Shown here piece by piece: positions 1-10,707 of a DNA stretch of 64,000 bases; position 1 is the stretch's first letter; each line of letters begins with the position of its first letter. The translations under genes were made by a program, and so were the position numbers. The stretch lies in contig JBEKDT010000002.1 of the NCBI GenBank assembly GCA_050014195.1, positions 153 to 64,152 on the forward strand. The letters are read 5' to 3'. The notes beneath the pieces are model-generated. The model saw only the letters and a list, made by a program, of their open reading frames with translations, did no database searches and was not told the origin of the DNA. The DNA comes from Desulfomonilia bacterium. Lineage in GTDB: Bacteria > Desulfobacterota > Desulfomonilia > UBA1062.

Positions 1-937
1 TCCGGATAAGTTCCTTCATGTCTTCCGGGATTTCGCTCTTGAATTCCATTTTCTCTTTGGTGAGCGGGTGTATAATTCCGAGTAGTGCTGCATGGAGCAT
101 CTGCCTGCCCAAGGCTTTTATATAATGCCGAAGATATGCATCAGCAATGGAATTGGCCTTCTTTCTCCCTCCGTACTGTGCATCCCCAACAACAGGGTGT
201 CCCATATCAGAGAGGTGCACGCGAATCTGGTGGGTCCTTCCGGTCTTGAGGCTGAGAAGCAGAAGGGAGAACTCCTTCCACTGTTTGATCATTGTCCAAT
301 GGGTTACAGCCTTTCTCCCTTCATCAACTCTTGAGGTCATTCTTTTTCTATCTCGGGGATTCCTCTGAATGAAGGTCTCGATAGTACCTTGTGGCTTAGG
401 TAAATGCCCATAGCAGACTGCCATATATTCTCTGCGGTGCTCATGGGTTTTAAAGGCATTGACCAGGAGATTGTGAGAATCACTGCTTCTTGCCACAACC
501 ATCACGCCTGAAGTCAGTTTGTCCAGCCGGTGCACAATCCCTGGTCTGTTGGGATCACCCACATCCCTCATCTCCGGGTATTTAGCCAGAAGGGCATTCA
601 CCAGGGTGCAACTAACATTGCCCGCACCCGGATGGACCGTGAGCCCTGCAGGTTTGTTGATGACTACAATGGATGGGTCTTCATAAATTATGTCTAGGGG
701 AATTTCACATGCCATCAACGGAGTATTGAGGTCAGATAGGCTATATGCCCCATACACCCTCATGCCATCTTTGAGCTTGAAGGATGGTCTTTTCACACTC
801 CCATCCACCATCACGCGGCCTTCATCGATGAGTCTTGCGGCAAAGGAGCGGCTTATAGGGAAATGCCTGGTAAGGAAAACATCCAAGCGGAGACTGTTGT
901 CTTCACGTGTAGCCGCGATCTCTATCTTCTCATCCAC
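1..937 (-). CDS. RluA-family 23S rRNA pseudouridine synthase (RluD-like), 3' end beyond window edge
   Basis: Reverse-strand translation gives N-terminal S4-like EKIEIAATREDNSLRLDVFLTRHFPISRSFAARLIDEGRV and the catalytic HRLDKLTSGVMVVARS motif. It continues past coordinate 1 and is absent from the ORF track because it is truncated. A GTG start near 937 overlaps the patatin stop. Confidence 0.8.
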   Translation of the reverse strand, partial: MDEKIEIAATREDNSLRLDVFLTRHFPISRSFAARLIDEGRVMVDGSVKRPSFKLKDGMRVYGAYSLSDLNTPLMACEIPLDIIYEDPSIVVINKPAGLTVHPGAGNVSCTLVNALLAKYPEMRDVGDPNRPGIVHRLDKLTSGVMVVARSSDSHNLLVNAFKTHEHRREYMAVCYGHLPKPQGTIETFIQRNPRDRKRMTSRVDEGRKAVTHWTMIKQWKEFSLLLLSLKTGRTHQIRVHLSDMGHPVVGDAQYGGRKKANSIADAYLRHYIKALGRQMLHAALLGIIHPLTKEKMEFKSEIPEDMKELIR

Positions 938-1827
938 AGCAGTGCCTTGATTTTGGATGCCCTTAATGCCTTCTTCAATGACGGGACGGCCTGAGTACCT
1001 GCATAATATCCGGCAGAGATGTAATTACCTATGTTCTCGAACTCCGACCATTCAGCGTCACCTACAATCGGGTTGATGACAAAATCCGCATCACGTATCC
1101 GCACGGTATTCATGAGAGAGCGCGTGATGTCACCGGCCCTGAACAGGATGTCCATGCTGTTCTTGATCTCTTCCTTGTAATCGATGGGGGTTGTCTCACG
1201 TGACACGTCTACTCCGATGACAAACCCTGCGCCGAGCACCCTGGCTGCAGAAACAGGCACCGACTCCACCCAACCTCCGTCCACGCACATCCTGCCATCG
1301 ATCTGAACCGGAGGAAGGATGCCGGGTACGGCGCTCGATGCCTTGACTGCCTGCCTTACCTGGCCCGAATGAATGATCTGCGGATAGCCGGAGATAATAT
1401 CCAGGGCCATACAGGCAAAGGGGATCTTGAGCTGTGAAAATTGCTTATCAGGGATGATCCGGTCTATCTCGGAAAAAAATGCCTCAGCAGAAACAACCGA
1501 TTCTCTGAAGAGAAAACGGTAAAAAAAGTACCCTTTTTTAACAGTCTCAAAAATCCTGTCGAGAAAACCCCGGTCCATCTCTGATGAGCCGGCAAGTTTG
1601 TGGAGCTTCTGACGGAATTCCTCAGAATTCAACATCCCTTTGATGGTCCGCTCAACATGAGAGATATCGCCGCTATCGGCATAAAGCGAACCCACAATGG
1701 CGCCCATACTCGTACCTGCAACAATGTCCGGAACCATGCCGGCCTCCAGAAGTGCCTTCATGACCCCGATGTTGGCCAGTCCTCTGACCCCACCGCCACC
1801 CAGGGCAAACGCCGTTTTAAGCTTCAT
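922..1827 (-). CDS. Patatin-like phospholipase
   Basis: N-terminal GGGGVRG oxyanion motif, GTSMG (GxSxG) nucleophile elbow and a later DGG motif; 301 aa. Confidence 0.85.
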   Translation of the reverse strand: MKLKTAFALGGGGVRGLANIGVMKALLEAGMVPDIVAGTSMGAIVGSLYADSGDISHVERTIKGMLNSEEFRQKLHKLAGSSEMDRGFLDRIFETVKKGYFFYRFLFRESVVSAEAFFSEIDRIIPDKQFSQLKIPFACMALDIISGYPQIIHSGQVRQAVKASSAVPGILPPVQIDGRMCVDGGWVESVPVSAARVLGAGFVIGVDVSRETTPIDYKEEIKNSMDILFRAGDITRSLMNTVRIRDADFVINPIVGDAEWSEFENIGNYISAGYYAGTQAVPSLKKALRASKIKALLWMRR

Positions 1828-3187
1828 GGGAGAGCACCTCGTTGATGTGGCGCGCCAGCACGCCGATTTCCTGCTGGTCCACGGATTTCAGGTCAAAGGT
1901 GAGCCTGTCTTCCTCTATGCGGCAGAGTACCGCAGGACGGCACGCCCTGAGCCTTATATGGGCCTCCTGGGCCTGTGGTGTTCTCACAAACACACCATAA
2001 GACGGAAAACTTTTCGTGGGCGCCGATCCCCCTCCGATGACCGCCTTTGTAGGGATGATCCGGGCACCCTTGATCTTGATGAGCCTCATAAGACGCTGGG
2101 CGCGCTTCTTCACATCGAGAATCGGTTCGGTGATCATCCTCAGCACAGGGATGCGATCGGTCTTTCCCTGGACAAGAAGCCTCAATGTTGCACCAAGGGC
2201 TGCGATGGTGAGTTTGTCGATCCGTATGGCCCGGTGAAGGGGGTGTCTGGCCATCTTCTCAATGAGATCTGTCTTGCCGAGAATAATACCGGCCTGGGGA
2301 CCACCGAGCACCTTGTCTCCACTGAAGCTTACGATATCCGCCCCTTGCTGGAGACACATCGAAATAGTCCACTCGCCCTGAATACCCCATGCGCCAAGGT
2401 CAAAGGGTACTCCGGAGCCCATGTCAACAAAGAGGGGTTTGCCAAGGTCGCGGCTCAGACAGGCCAATTCATCAATACCCACCTCATCGGTAAACCCCAC
2501 AATGGAAAAGTTGCTCCTATGAACCTTCATAATGAGGCCGGTTCTGTCGGTTACGGCATTTTTATAATCAGATATCCTGGTTTTATTTGTCGTTCCCACC
2601 TCTTTCATGACTGCACCGCTTATTGCCATCACCTCTGGCATCCTAAAAGAGCCGCCTATCTCCACAAGCTCGCCCCGGGAGATGATTACCTCGTTGCCAT
2701 GAGCGAGACTGGCAAGCACCAGCATGACTGCCGCGGCATTGTTGTTGACTACAAGGGCATCCTCGGCACCAAAACAGGCTTTTGTCAAGATCCGGATATG
2801 TTCCTGCCTGGAGCCCCTCTTACCCTCCGCAAGGTTGTATTCCAAGTCGGAATATGTCCGTGCTGCTTGGAGAACCGCATCCATGGCCTCCCTGGCCAGT
2901 GGAGCCCTGCCGAGATTAGTAAAGGCTACGACCCCTGCTGCATTGATAACACTTTTAAGCCCTGATTCCATAATGGATCGGATATGTTCCGCCACTTCAT
3001 GTGCCACTGTTGATGCATCAGGGCTGACTGCGGCTCTGCCCTGAGTTATGGCAGTCCTTATGAATTCGAGTCTTTCCCTGATGAGCCTCTTGACGATCCG
3101 TTCATCATAGCCCAGTTCCTGCAAGATAGGCTCTTTGAGTACTATATCCACTTTTGGTATGCTCCGGTATGATTCGTTCTCGGGCAT
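1817..3187 (-). CDS. selA: L-seryl-tRNA(Sec) selenium transferase (selenocysteine synthase)
   Basis: 456 aa PLP enzyme with SelA-like layout (N-terminal LQELGYDERIVKRL, FSGDKVLGGPQAGII). It overlaps the patatin gene by 11 nt. Confidence 0.85.
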   Translation of the reverse strand: MPENESYRSIPKVDIVLKEPILQELGYDERIVKRLIRERLEFIRTAITQGRAAVSPDASTVAHEVAEHIRSIMESGLKSVINAAGVVAFTNLGRAPLAREAMDAVLQAARTYSDLEYNLAEGKRGSRQEHIRILTKACFGAEDALVVNNNAAAVMLVLASLAHGNEVIISRGELVEIGGSFRMPEVMAISGAVMKEVGTTNKTRISDYKNAVTDRTGLIMKVHRSNFSIVGFTDEVGIDELACLSRDLGKPLFVDMGSGVPFDLGAWGIQGEWTISMCLQQGADIVSFSGDKVLGGPQAGIILGKTDLIEKMARHPLHRAIRIDKLTIAALGATLRLLVQGKTDRIPVLRMITEPILDVKKRAQRLMRLIKIKGARIIPTKAVIGGGSAPTKSFPSYGVFVRTPQAQEAHIRLRACRPAVLCRIEEDRLTFDLKSVDQQEIGVLARHINEVLSHEA

Positions 3188-3511
3188 ATCTCCTCCTTGA
3201 AGTTGATTACATTCCGGCAGCTGCTTTTTAAGATTTAACGATAAATATTATCAAGCCTGCCATAATACAAAGTATGCCATATCATCTCATTCAGTCAAGC
3301 TGACTGGGAAGAAAGTATGAGGTATTTGACATGATGTATCAGGCAAAGAAGGTTTCCCCATGATCCGGCACTTTGTGTCTTAAACTTTTAAGCCTGTGGG
3401 ATTGACAGCTCTGTATCCTCTTGCACTGTCTCTGCTTTCCATATACAGAAATTGCTGGGGATCGTGAGTACTCACAAGCCTTGAGAGATCACTGCCCCAT
3501 GGAGAGTTTAT

Positions 3512-4366
3512 ATGGGAAAGCCTCAAACCATAGACCGCCACCTGTGCCACGGCAAGGACAAAGAGGAGAAGTACAAAGACCTCACCGCTCTTGACTATTG
3601 GTGGGGCCTGAGGGAACTGGCTGCCGATTTCGATATTGCAAACTATCTAAACATCGAGGGACCCGAACTTTTACCGAGACAAGAGAAGGATATCTCATAT
3701 ATCCAACTACTCCATTATACCGTAGAGGTGAAACTTGCAGGCTCCTTCTACCAGATCGATACCATGGAAAGACTCTTCTCTTCCAGCATCGAAGGCGGTA
3801 CCAGTCTCGATTTGAGAGTGTTCGAGGCCAAGGAGGCCTTTGACGCCCTTCATGGCGATCTCTATCAAGCTGTCTGCGCCGTTGCAAATGAGCTCTTTAT
3901 GCTGCTCAACCGCTCAAATTACACCCCCATCAAGGTGGACCATACCAAACCCATCGCCATGAGCCCCTCGGACCTCAGATATTGGCTCAAGCTCAATCGC
4001 CATAAGGACTACATCGCTATCAGTTCAATGGTTAATGACTGCGACAACCTGCTGGACATACGACATCACGCTACACATTACGGCGCAGTGCCGGTTTATG
4101 CAAACGCTAAGAATGGAGTCCTGTACCTTCAGAAAGATTTTCATATGGGTGGCATGCTTACAAAGTACGATCTGGGCAGACACTTAAAAAAGGGCGGCGC
4201 AATGAGCTCACTTGTGGAGATATCACGCCCCCGGGCCGTGAAGCTCTGCTCGCGCATTAATGATATTTACAAGTTCGTTTACCTCTCCGACATCTTTGAG
4301 CAATTCATGGTTGACCGGAAGATTGCGATAAATGAAAGCTACAAGCCGTATTGGGAAAAGCAGTAA
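3512..4366 (+). CDS. Hypothetical protein, no recognisable domain
   Basis: 284-aa ORF with a consensus TTGACA -35-like hexamer upstream (~3403); no motif recognised by eye. Confidence 0.5.
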   Translation: MGKPQTIDRHLCHGKDKEEKYKDLTALDYWWGLRELAADFDIANYLNIEGPELLPRQEKDISYIQLLHYTVEVKLAGSFYQIDTMERLFSSSIEGGTSLDLRVFEAKEAFDALHGDLYQAVCAVANELFMLLNRSNYTPIKVDHTKPIAMSPSDLRYWLKLNRHKDYIAISSMVNDCDNLLDIRHHATHYGAVPVYANAKNGVLYLQKDFHMGGMLTKYDLGRHLKKGGAMSSLVEISRPRAVKLCSRINDIYKFVYLSDIFEQFMVDRKIAINESYKPYWEKQ

Positions 4367-4477
4367 AGAGTAACCATTAATCGCAAACAAATTCTTGCTC
4401 ATTCTGATCACTGAATAATTTTGCTCGTCACTACCGGCTCTTCACGAGGCACTCTTTTCGTGTTTCTCGATTACTAT

Positions 4478-5257
4478 TCAGTTTGCTGCATCCGGAAAAT
4501 TCGGGTTGAATTCCGAGATGATTACCGCTCTCGTTTTATCAACGAGGTCCTGGATGTTTTCATTGCTATAGGTTGTTGTCTCTATAGGATCGGATACTAT
4601 AACCTCTATAGTGCCTGGGTGAAAGACAAGGCTTTTCTTGGGCAGCACCTTTCGACTGCCGTTGACCGTTATAGGCAAGACAGGCATGCCCCTTTCCATG
4701 GCCATGATGAAACCACCCTTTTTAAAGGGTTGGATGGTTCCGTCTTCCGAGCGCGTACCCTCGGCAAAGAACATAACACTCACCCCTTCAGGAAGACGTT
4801 CCAGGCTATCCCGGATGCTCTTCATTGCAGCTTCTCCTTGACCTCTATCGATGAAGATATTGCGCGATTCATAGAGGGCATAGCCGAACAGAGGTATCTT
4901 GCGGAGTTCCTTCTTGATGATCCAGCGGAACTGTATGCCGAGCTTAGTGACAATGGCCAGGATATCGTATTCCGATTGGTGATTGCTGATGATGATATAA
5001 GACTTCCCTTTTACAATCTTTTCTCTTCCCCTAATTACCGGGTGAACACATGTGGCCTTCAACATGATGTACGCCCAGATCTTTGAGAGGGTGAATGCAA
5101 GGTTTCCTGTTTTGCTCAGCATGGCTGTAATGGTAACCGGAAAAAACACAATGAGGGTTGCAATGGCCGCCCAGAGGCTGATCCAGAAGATTTTAAATAC
5201 ATCAAGGATGGAACGTTTGCCCATCTTCATTGATTCCATTCCATATCCTTTCAACAA
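4478..5257 (-). CDS. plsC: 1-acyl-sn-glycerol-3-phosphate acyltransferase (PlsC-like)
   Basis: N-terminal TM segment, NHQSEYD (HX4D) and FAEGTRS acyltransferase motifs. Confidence 0.8.
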   Translation of the reverse strand: MLKGYGMESMKMGKRSILDVFKIFWISLWAAIATLIVFFPVTITAMLSKTGNLAFTLSKIWAYIMLKATCVHPVIRGREKIVKGKSYIIISNHQSEYDILAIVTKLGIQFRWIIKKELRKIPLFGYALYESRNIFIDRGQGEAAMKSIRDSLERLPEGVSVMFFAEGTRSEDGTIQPFKKGGFIMAMERGMPVLPITVNGSRKVLPKKSLVFHPGTIEVIVSDPIETTTYSNENIQDLVDKTRAVIISEFNPNFPDAAN

Positions 5258-5587
5258 TAATATTTTAAGTATATTACCAGGCGCGAATCTGCTTTGTTCA
5301 ATTATAAATAAAAGATAATTTAGAATATCTTATGATGCAAGACCAATTCAAGTATGAGAACTAAAAACGATTCTCAAACATTAAGAACGCTATCACGCAT
5401 ATTACGTTGGTTAATCAAGTCGATATAATATAGTACGGTGAATATAAATACCAATAGCATTTTTAGATAATTCATTAATCTATTCCGGATATAGCCTTTA
5501 CAAATCTTTGCCATCTGCTGTAAACAAATGTGGTATCTCAAAAAAAATCTTAAGTAGCGATATAGTAGATACATCAAGGGAGCGTAA

Positions 5588-6748
5588 GTGGAAGCTATCA
5601 AGAATCATTTCAAGATGTTGTGGAGAATATTTTTCACAACAATTGTCGTTTTTCTATCGGTTCTTGCTGTTTTATCTTCAGGATGCCGTAGTGGAGGCGG
5701 GAGTTCAGCTACTATATACAACATATCCGGCACGGTGAGCGGCGATATTCAACAAGGCGTCACCATTACATTATCAGGTGATGGTTCCGGTACTAAGACT
5801 ACAGATGCAGGTGGAAACTACAGTTTCACTGGCATAGCAAACGGCTCTTACATCGTCACACCAGCTCTTGCCGGTTATATATTCACATCAACCAGCCGGG
5901 CCATTAGGGTAAGCGGTGCAAATGCAACTGCCATTGACTTTACATCCGCAACAAGCGCAGATTCTTTGTATAGCATATCCGGGATCGTAACCAATAGTGA
6001 TAATGATGGTGAAGCCCTGAATAATGTGACCATGACCTTGAGCGGCGCAAACTCAGGAACCGTAACGACCGACACAAACGGCTCCTACACCTTTAGTGGC
6101 CTTGCCAACGGAGGTTATACCTTGATCCCAAGCCTCTCGGGCTATGTCTTTAATCCGTCCAGCAGTTCACAAACCATAGGTGGAAAAAATATCACCGGAC
6201 TTAACTTCACGGCCGAAGTAAATCCGACTCCTACCTACATCATTTCCGGGACTGTAACCTCATCAGGTGCAGGGATGCAGGGCATTACCGTGAGCCTGAG
6301 CGGTTTAGGCATAGAATCGGTGACAACCGATGCAGGAGGCAGATACACCTTTTCCGGTCTTGCGAATGGAACGTACATCATCGCCCCGACCCAAACAGGT
6401 GAAACCTTTGATCCGGAGAACAGCTCCGAAACAATTAACGGTACAGACATCACGGGTGTTAACTTTATCAATACTACAACTGTTTACCGTATCTCAGGTA
6501 AGGTTAGCGGTGCAGTAAGGGCCGGTGTAACCATGACCTTGAGTGGTACGGCTTCGGGAAGTGTTAGTGTTATTTCTGATAGTGTTATTTCTGACTCAAG
6601 CGGCAATTACAGCTTCCAGAACCTTGCAAATGGATCGTACAACATAACTCCCACTCTTGCCGGTTACACATTCACTCCTCCCAAGCTTGTAGTTGGTGTC
6701 AGTAATAGAGATATCACTTCCATAAATTTCACATCCTCACCACAATAA
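5588..6748 (+). CDS. Secreted or lipoprotein-like protein with four tandem ~95-aa carboxypeptidase-regulatory-like beta-sandwich repeats
   Basis: GTG start with an AGGGAG RBS; signal peptide ending LSSGC; four repeats of the type YxISGxV...TxTLSG...TTDxxGxYxFxGLANGxYxIxP...INFT. It contains a 15-bp tandem duplication (6566-6580 / 6581-6595) encoding SVISD SVISD. Confidence 0.7.
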   Translation: MEAIKNHFKMLWRIFFTTIVVFLSVLAVLSSGCRSGGGSSATIYNISGTVSGDIQQGVTITLSGDGSGTKTTDAGGNYSFTGIANGSYIVTPALAGYIFTSTSRAIRVSGANATAIDFTSATSADSLYSISGIVTNSDNDGEALNNVTMTLSGANSGTVTTDTNGSYTFSGLANGGYTLIPSLSGYVFNPSSSSQTIGGKNITGLNFTAEVNPTPTYIISGTVTSSGAGMQGITVSLSGLGIESVTTDAGGRYTFSGLANGTYIIAPTQTGETFDPENSSETINGTDITGVNFINTTTVYRISGKVSGAVRAGVTMTLSGTASGSVSVISDSVISDSSGNYSFQNLANGSYNITPTLAGYTFTPPKLVVGVSNRDITSINFTSSPQ

Positions 6749-6797
6749 AGCTATACGGAGATGATTGATTATAAAGAAACAGCAATAAACTTAACAT

Positions 6798-8039
6798 TCA
6801 TCTTTTTAAAAAGTAGTGCCTGATGACCAATCGGGAAAACATATCCGCTTCGATCCGGAAATGACTTTCAAGAACGAGAAGACATCCGATAGCGATACCT
6901 TCACCGGTATTTCGGTTTTTGGCATACCCCACGAACCAGTTTCTTTTCCCTTTAGGTTGATCTCCATCGATACTCCCGCTCTTCGCACCTATGTCAAGAT
7001 ATTTGAGCACCCTGTCTGAGGAGATTCTCCGAAAGGACTTGGCAACTGTACCTGCCCTTACTGTCCTTTCCATCATAGCACTCAGATCTTGAGCAGTCTC
7101 TTTTTTCATGACCTGGATCTTCATCACATTCGCATTCTGGGTCCGTACAAGCTTAGGGGTAACCATGCAGCCACCATTCATAACGGCCGTGACCATCTGG
7201 GCTGCATGGAGAGGTGATATGCGTGTCTGTTTGTTGAACCCGCATGCGAGCTCGGCTAGATTGTAATCATCTTTTGGTATTAAAATGCTACTGGGCGCGC
7301 TTTCGAATTCTTTCAGGGGTGATTTCCAGAACCCCATTTTCTTGGCCGTGAGGTCGATAGGTTCCACACCCAGATACATAGTTCCAAGCTTGGCAAAGAC
7401 GATGTTATTGGAGCGTGCAAATGCATCGGCCAGAGAGATATCCATGCACCATTTATTTCTCTTGTTTGTGAGTTGTTTCTTATAAAGAGTGTGGGCATTG
7501 CCGGAGTAATAGAACATGCTCCGACTCGTAAATCCTCTCTGATCCATTGCCGCTGTGACCGTTACCAGTTTAAAAATACTTGCAGCAAGATCTGTTTCCA
7601 GGCCGATACTGCAATCCTGGCCTGATGTATTTTGGCCATAGAGGGCCAGTACATCGCCGGTTTGAGCATTAATCACGACTATGGAGCCGTAATATAATTT
7701 ATACTTGGCCGCAATTTCAGCGATGAACTGCTGAAGATCCCAGTCAATAGTAAGGTTATGGTTTTTTATGGTATTCTGATCGATCCGGACAAGATCTTTC
7801 TTTGTGAAAACACATACACTTTCCCTGGCGGGTTCAATCTTTTTTGCTGGGACAGGCACACTCGAGATCTTCTTCACGGAATTATGACCTGAAAAAAAGA
7901 AAAGCGATACCAAGATCAAGATGAGGAGGAGAATATACCGGAGACGGATAAACCTTCGTTTCCGTGTTCTCTTTAACGATGGATACTCATCAATTGGGAA
8001 CTGCCTTTTCATCAATCGATTCTCATCCTGTCCCAACAT
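6798..8039 (-). CDS. Membrane-anchored penicillin-binding or transpeptidase-domain protein
   Basis: N-terminal TM anchor; SxxK (ASIFK), SxN (RSNN) and KSG (GAKSGS) motifs in the spacing expected for a serine transpeptidase or beta-lactamase fold. Confidence 0.65.
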   Translation of the reverse strand: MLGQDENRLMKRQFPIDEYPSLKRTRKRRFIRLRYILLLILILVSLFFFSGHNSVKKISSVPVPAKKIEPARESVCVFTKKDLVRIDQNTIKNHNLTIDWDLQQFIAEIAAKYKLYYGSIVVINAQTGDVLALYGQNTSGQDCSIGLETDLAASIFKLVTVTAAMDQRGFTSRSMFYYSGNAHTLYKKQLTNKRNKWCMDISLADAFARSNNIVFAKLGTMYLGVEPIDLTAKKMGFWKSPLKEFESAPSSILIPKDDYNLAELACGFNKQTRISPLHAAQMVTAVMNGGCMVTPKLVRTQNANVMKIQVMKKETAQDLSAMMERTVRAGTVAKSFRRISSDRVLKYLDIGAKSGSIDGDQPKGKRNWFVGYAKNRNTGEGIAIGCLLVLESHFRIEADMFSRLVIRHYFLKR

Positions 8040-8187
8040 TTGTCCGGGGTTTTACCTAGGTAGTTAAGAGAAGTCAATCCCGATACCAAAAGAACATAGG
8101 TGATCCTGATATAATGATGTCTTTTTTTCATTCCATTTCATGCATCACAAGAACGCATGAATAGACATACTTTTAGAGATACTCTAC

Positions 8188-9108
8188 TTAAGATGTGGTG
8201 CTTGTTGTTTGCTTGTCCAGCCGGGTATCACCCTTCATAGCTTCATAGCCTGATACGATGTCGAGAAGTTCCTCAGTGATGGTCATCTGCCGCTGCCGGT
8301 GGTAGTCGGCAAAGATCTCTTCCAGGTGTTCCTGAATATTCTTTTCGGCATTCTGCATTGCTGCAAGCCGGCTCGCGTTCTCACTGGCGAGCGATTCGGT
8401 GAAGGCACGGTAGATGGATACGAAGAGGTATTCGCGGATGAGAGATGCGAACAGCACATCCCAGTCCATGGTGAAGAGCGGCAGGGTCTTTGATTCCCAC
8501 TTCCTGACCCTGAGGCTCTCGAGCCAGGTGCGGTCCACCGGCAGCAGACGCAAGGTATGCGATTTGAAGGTGGCACCTGAGAGGTAATGGTTGTAGAAGA
8601 GGTAGATGTGCGGGATATGCAGCACAAAGTGCCATTCCTGGAGGATCATGACTATCTCCTGCACCATGGGTGTAATCCCGGCGGTGGAGCTTGGAGTAGG
8701 AAGATTATCATAGATGTCCGCCTCGGAGCGTTCCATATGGTCCTTCACCCGTTCGCCCACTGTCAGGATGTAACGGCCCTCTTCCGGGGCGCCGAATGCA
8801 TCCAGCTCATCTAAAGTATGGGCTACGACCTGGGCATTGAACTGGCCGCACAGGCCCTGGTCAGAACCGAATACGATGGCCCCGACCTTGGTCATGGGGG
8901 TCGGCCGTGGGGCTATCAGGGCCTCCTCCTGGGCTTGCAATACGATCTGGAGACCTCTCTCCACGGTGTCATTGTAGTCCACCAGGGATTCAACTGCCCT
9001 CTGGTATTGTCGGATGCTCACTGCAGCCAGGGCCTTCATGGTCTTCACCACCGAGAGCAGGTCCTGGGTGCTCTTGATCTTCCTCCTCAATGACTCAATG
9101 GTCTGCAT
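8188..9108 (-). CDS. atpG: ATP synthase gamma subunit (N-ATPase type operon)
   Basis: [15 protein letters not shown] gamma N-terminus and C-terminal [11 protein letters not shown]; last gene of the atpDCQRBEFAG block. The start was trimmed to the second Met. Confidence 0.85.
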   Translation of the reverse strand: MQTIESLRRKIKSTQDLLSVVKTMKALAAVSIRQYQRAVESLVDYNDTVERGLQIVLQAQEEALIAPRPTPMTKVGAIVFGSDQGLCGQFNAQVVAHTLDELDAFGAPEEGRYILTVGERVKDHMERSEADIYDNLPTPSSTAGITPMVQEIVMILQEWHFVLHIPHIYLFYNHYLSGATFKSHTLRLLPVDRTWLESLRVRKWESKTLPLFTMDWDVLFASLIREYLFVSIYRAFTESLASENASRLAAMQNAEKNIQEHLEEIFADYHRQRQMTITEELLDIVSGYEAMKGDTRLDKQTTSTTS

Positions 9109-10648
9109 CCGTCTTTTCTCCCATGGGTGCAACCGAGGTTTGTGCGGTATTTAATATGGTATTGAAGTTGTCGATGGATAGTTTCTCTCCGGTCTCGATC
9201 CTGACACAGAGGTCGTGCAAATGCTCGGTTACATCCTTGCGGACCGTCTGCTCGGCCTTGCTGATCTGGTTTATGGGGACACTGTCAAGCGCCCCGCCTG
9301 TCACAGCAAGCAGGGATGCGATCTGTTCGGCAACCCGTATAGGTTTGAGCTGCGGCTGTTTTAAGATCTCCCGCACTCGCCAGCCGCGTTCCAGGCGCCT
9401 GCGCGTGTCATCGTCCAGCCGGGTCCCGAAACGGGAGAAGCTCTCCAGCTCCTCGAACTGTGAGTAGGCAATGCGCAGGTCCCCTGCCACGGCCCTGTAC
9501 GCAGGCAGTTGGGCCTTGCCGCCCACCCTTGACACGGATTTCCCTACATCGATAGCGGGCAACAGCCCCTTCTGGAACAGGCTGGGCGAGAGGTAGATCT
9601 GTCCGTCAGTGATGGAGATGAGGTTGGTGGGGATATACGACGATATATCCTGGGCCTCGGTCTCGATAATGGGCAAGGCGGTGAGAGAGCCTCCCCCATA
9701 CTCCTTCCTTAAATGGGTGGAGCGCTCAAGCATGCGTGAATGGATGTAGAAGATATCACCCGGAAAGGCCTCCCTGCCCGGAGGTCTCCGCAGCAGGAGT
9801 GAAAGCTCCCGGTATGCCCGTGCATGCCTGGTCAGGTCGTCATAGATCACCAGCACATCATGGCCGTGCTCCATAAAATATTCCCCCATGGAGGTGGCTG
9901 CATAGGCTGCAACGAACTGGAGCCCGGGCGGCTCTTCCCCGGCTGCCACCACGACGATGGAGTACCCGAGTGCGTTTTGCTCTTTAAGTGCTGCTATGGT
10001 CTTGGCCACATCTGATGACTGCTTGCCGATTGCGCAGTAGATACAGATGACATCCTTGTCGTGCTGGTTGATGATGGTGTCTAAGGCGATTGCAGTTTTG
10101 CCGGTCTGGCGGTCGCCCAGGATCAGCTCACGCTGGCCCCTGCCGATGGGGATCAGGGCGTCGATGGTCTTGATACCCGTCTGGAGAGGTACGGTGACCG
10201 GGTCGCGGTGCATGATGGGAGGCGCCTCCCTCTCCACGGGCAAGCGTGCGGATGAGGCTATGTCGCCGAGATTATCCAAGGGGCGTCCCAGGGCATCCAC
10301 CACCCTGCCGAGCAGGGCATCCCCCACCGGGACATCCAGCACCCTGCCGGTACGGATCACCTCGTCCCCGGCGCTGATATTTTCGGATGCATCCAGCATG
10401 ATGATGCCGATCTCATCCGGGTCAACATTGAAAACCAAGCCATAGATATCACCGGGAAAACGGACGAGCTCTTCGGCCTTTACGCTGTCCATTCCGGTAA
10501 CACGGGTTATGCCCGAACCGACATATTTGACAATACCCACTTCCTCGGGTTTGAGCTCGAATTTGTGCTCTGAAAGGGCGCCATCGAGCTTTTCAAAGGT
10601 GTCGTTAAGAACCACGTTCAGGGCCCCTTCGTCACTGGTCTTATCCAT
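9095..10648 (-). CDS. atpA: ATP synthase alpha subunit
   Basis: Walker A GDRQTGKT; 517 aa; typical alpha regions. Confidence 0.9.
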   Translation of the reverse strand: MDKTSDEGALNVVLNDTFEKLDGALSEHKFELKPEEVGIVKYVGSGITRVTGMDSVKAEELVRFPGDIYGLVFNVDPDEIGIIMLDASENISAGDEVIRTGRVLDVPVGDALLGRVVDALGRPLDNLGDIASSARLPVEREAPPIMHRDPVTVPLQTGIKTIDALIPIGRGQRELILGDRQTGKTAIALDTIINQHDKDVICIYCAIGKQSSDVAKTIAALKEQNALGYSIVVVAAGEEPPGLQFVAAYAATSMGEYFMEHGHDVLVIYDDLTRHARAYRELSLLLRRPPGREAFPGDIFYIHSRMLERSTHLRKEYGGGSLTALPIIETEAQDISSYIPTNLISITDGQIYLSPSLFQKGLLPAIDVGKSVSRVGGKAQLPAYRAVAGDLRIAYSQFEELESFSRFGTRLDDDTRRRLERGWRVREILKQPQLKPIRVAEQIASLLAVTGGALDSVPINQISKAEQTVRKDVTEHLHDLCVRIETGEKLSIDNFNTILNTAQTSVAPMGEKTDADH

Positions 10649-10707
10649 TGGAACTCCCTTTCATCCTTTGCCGTTCATCCATCGGGGGAATGACCTTCTC
10701 AACGTAT

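Noticed and set aside
1697-2965. 422-aa ORF on + strand
   Set aside because: It is antisense to selA, which has clear PLP-enzyme motifs. The ORF is low complexity and has no RBS.
1817-3187. Possible selenoprotein gene (in-frame TGA + SECIS) near selA
   Set aside because: No in-frame-TGA split ORFs with formate-dehydrogenase or similar motifs were evident in this window. Selenoproteins, if present, must be encoded elsewhere.
9095-9132. Longer gamma-subunit start (MHPWEKRRM...) overlapping atpA by 38 nt
   Set aside because: Gamma N-termini conserve M-x-x-x-x-x-I/L-R-R-R-I-K-S, which matches the internal Met ([13 protein letters not shown]), so the shorter start at 9108 was preferred.
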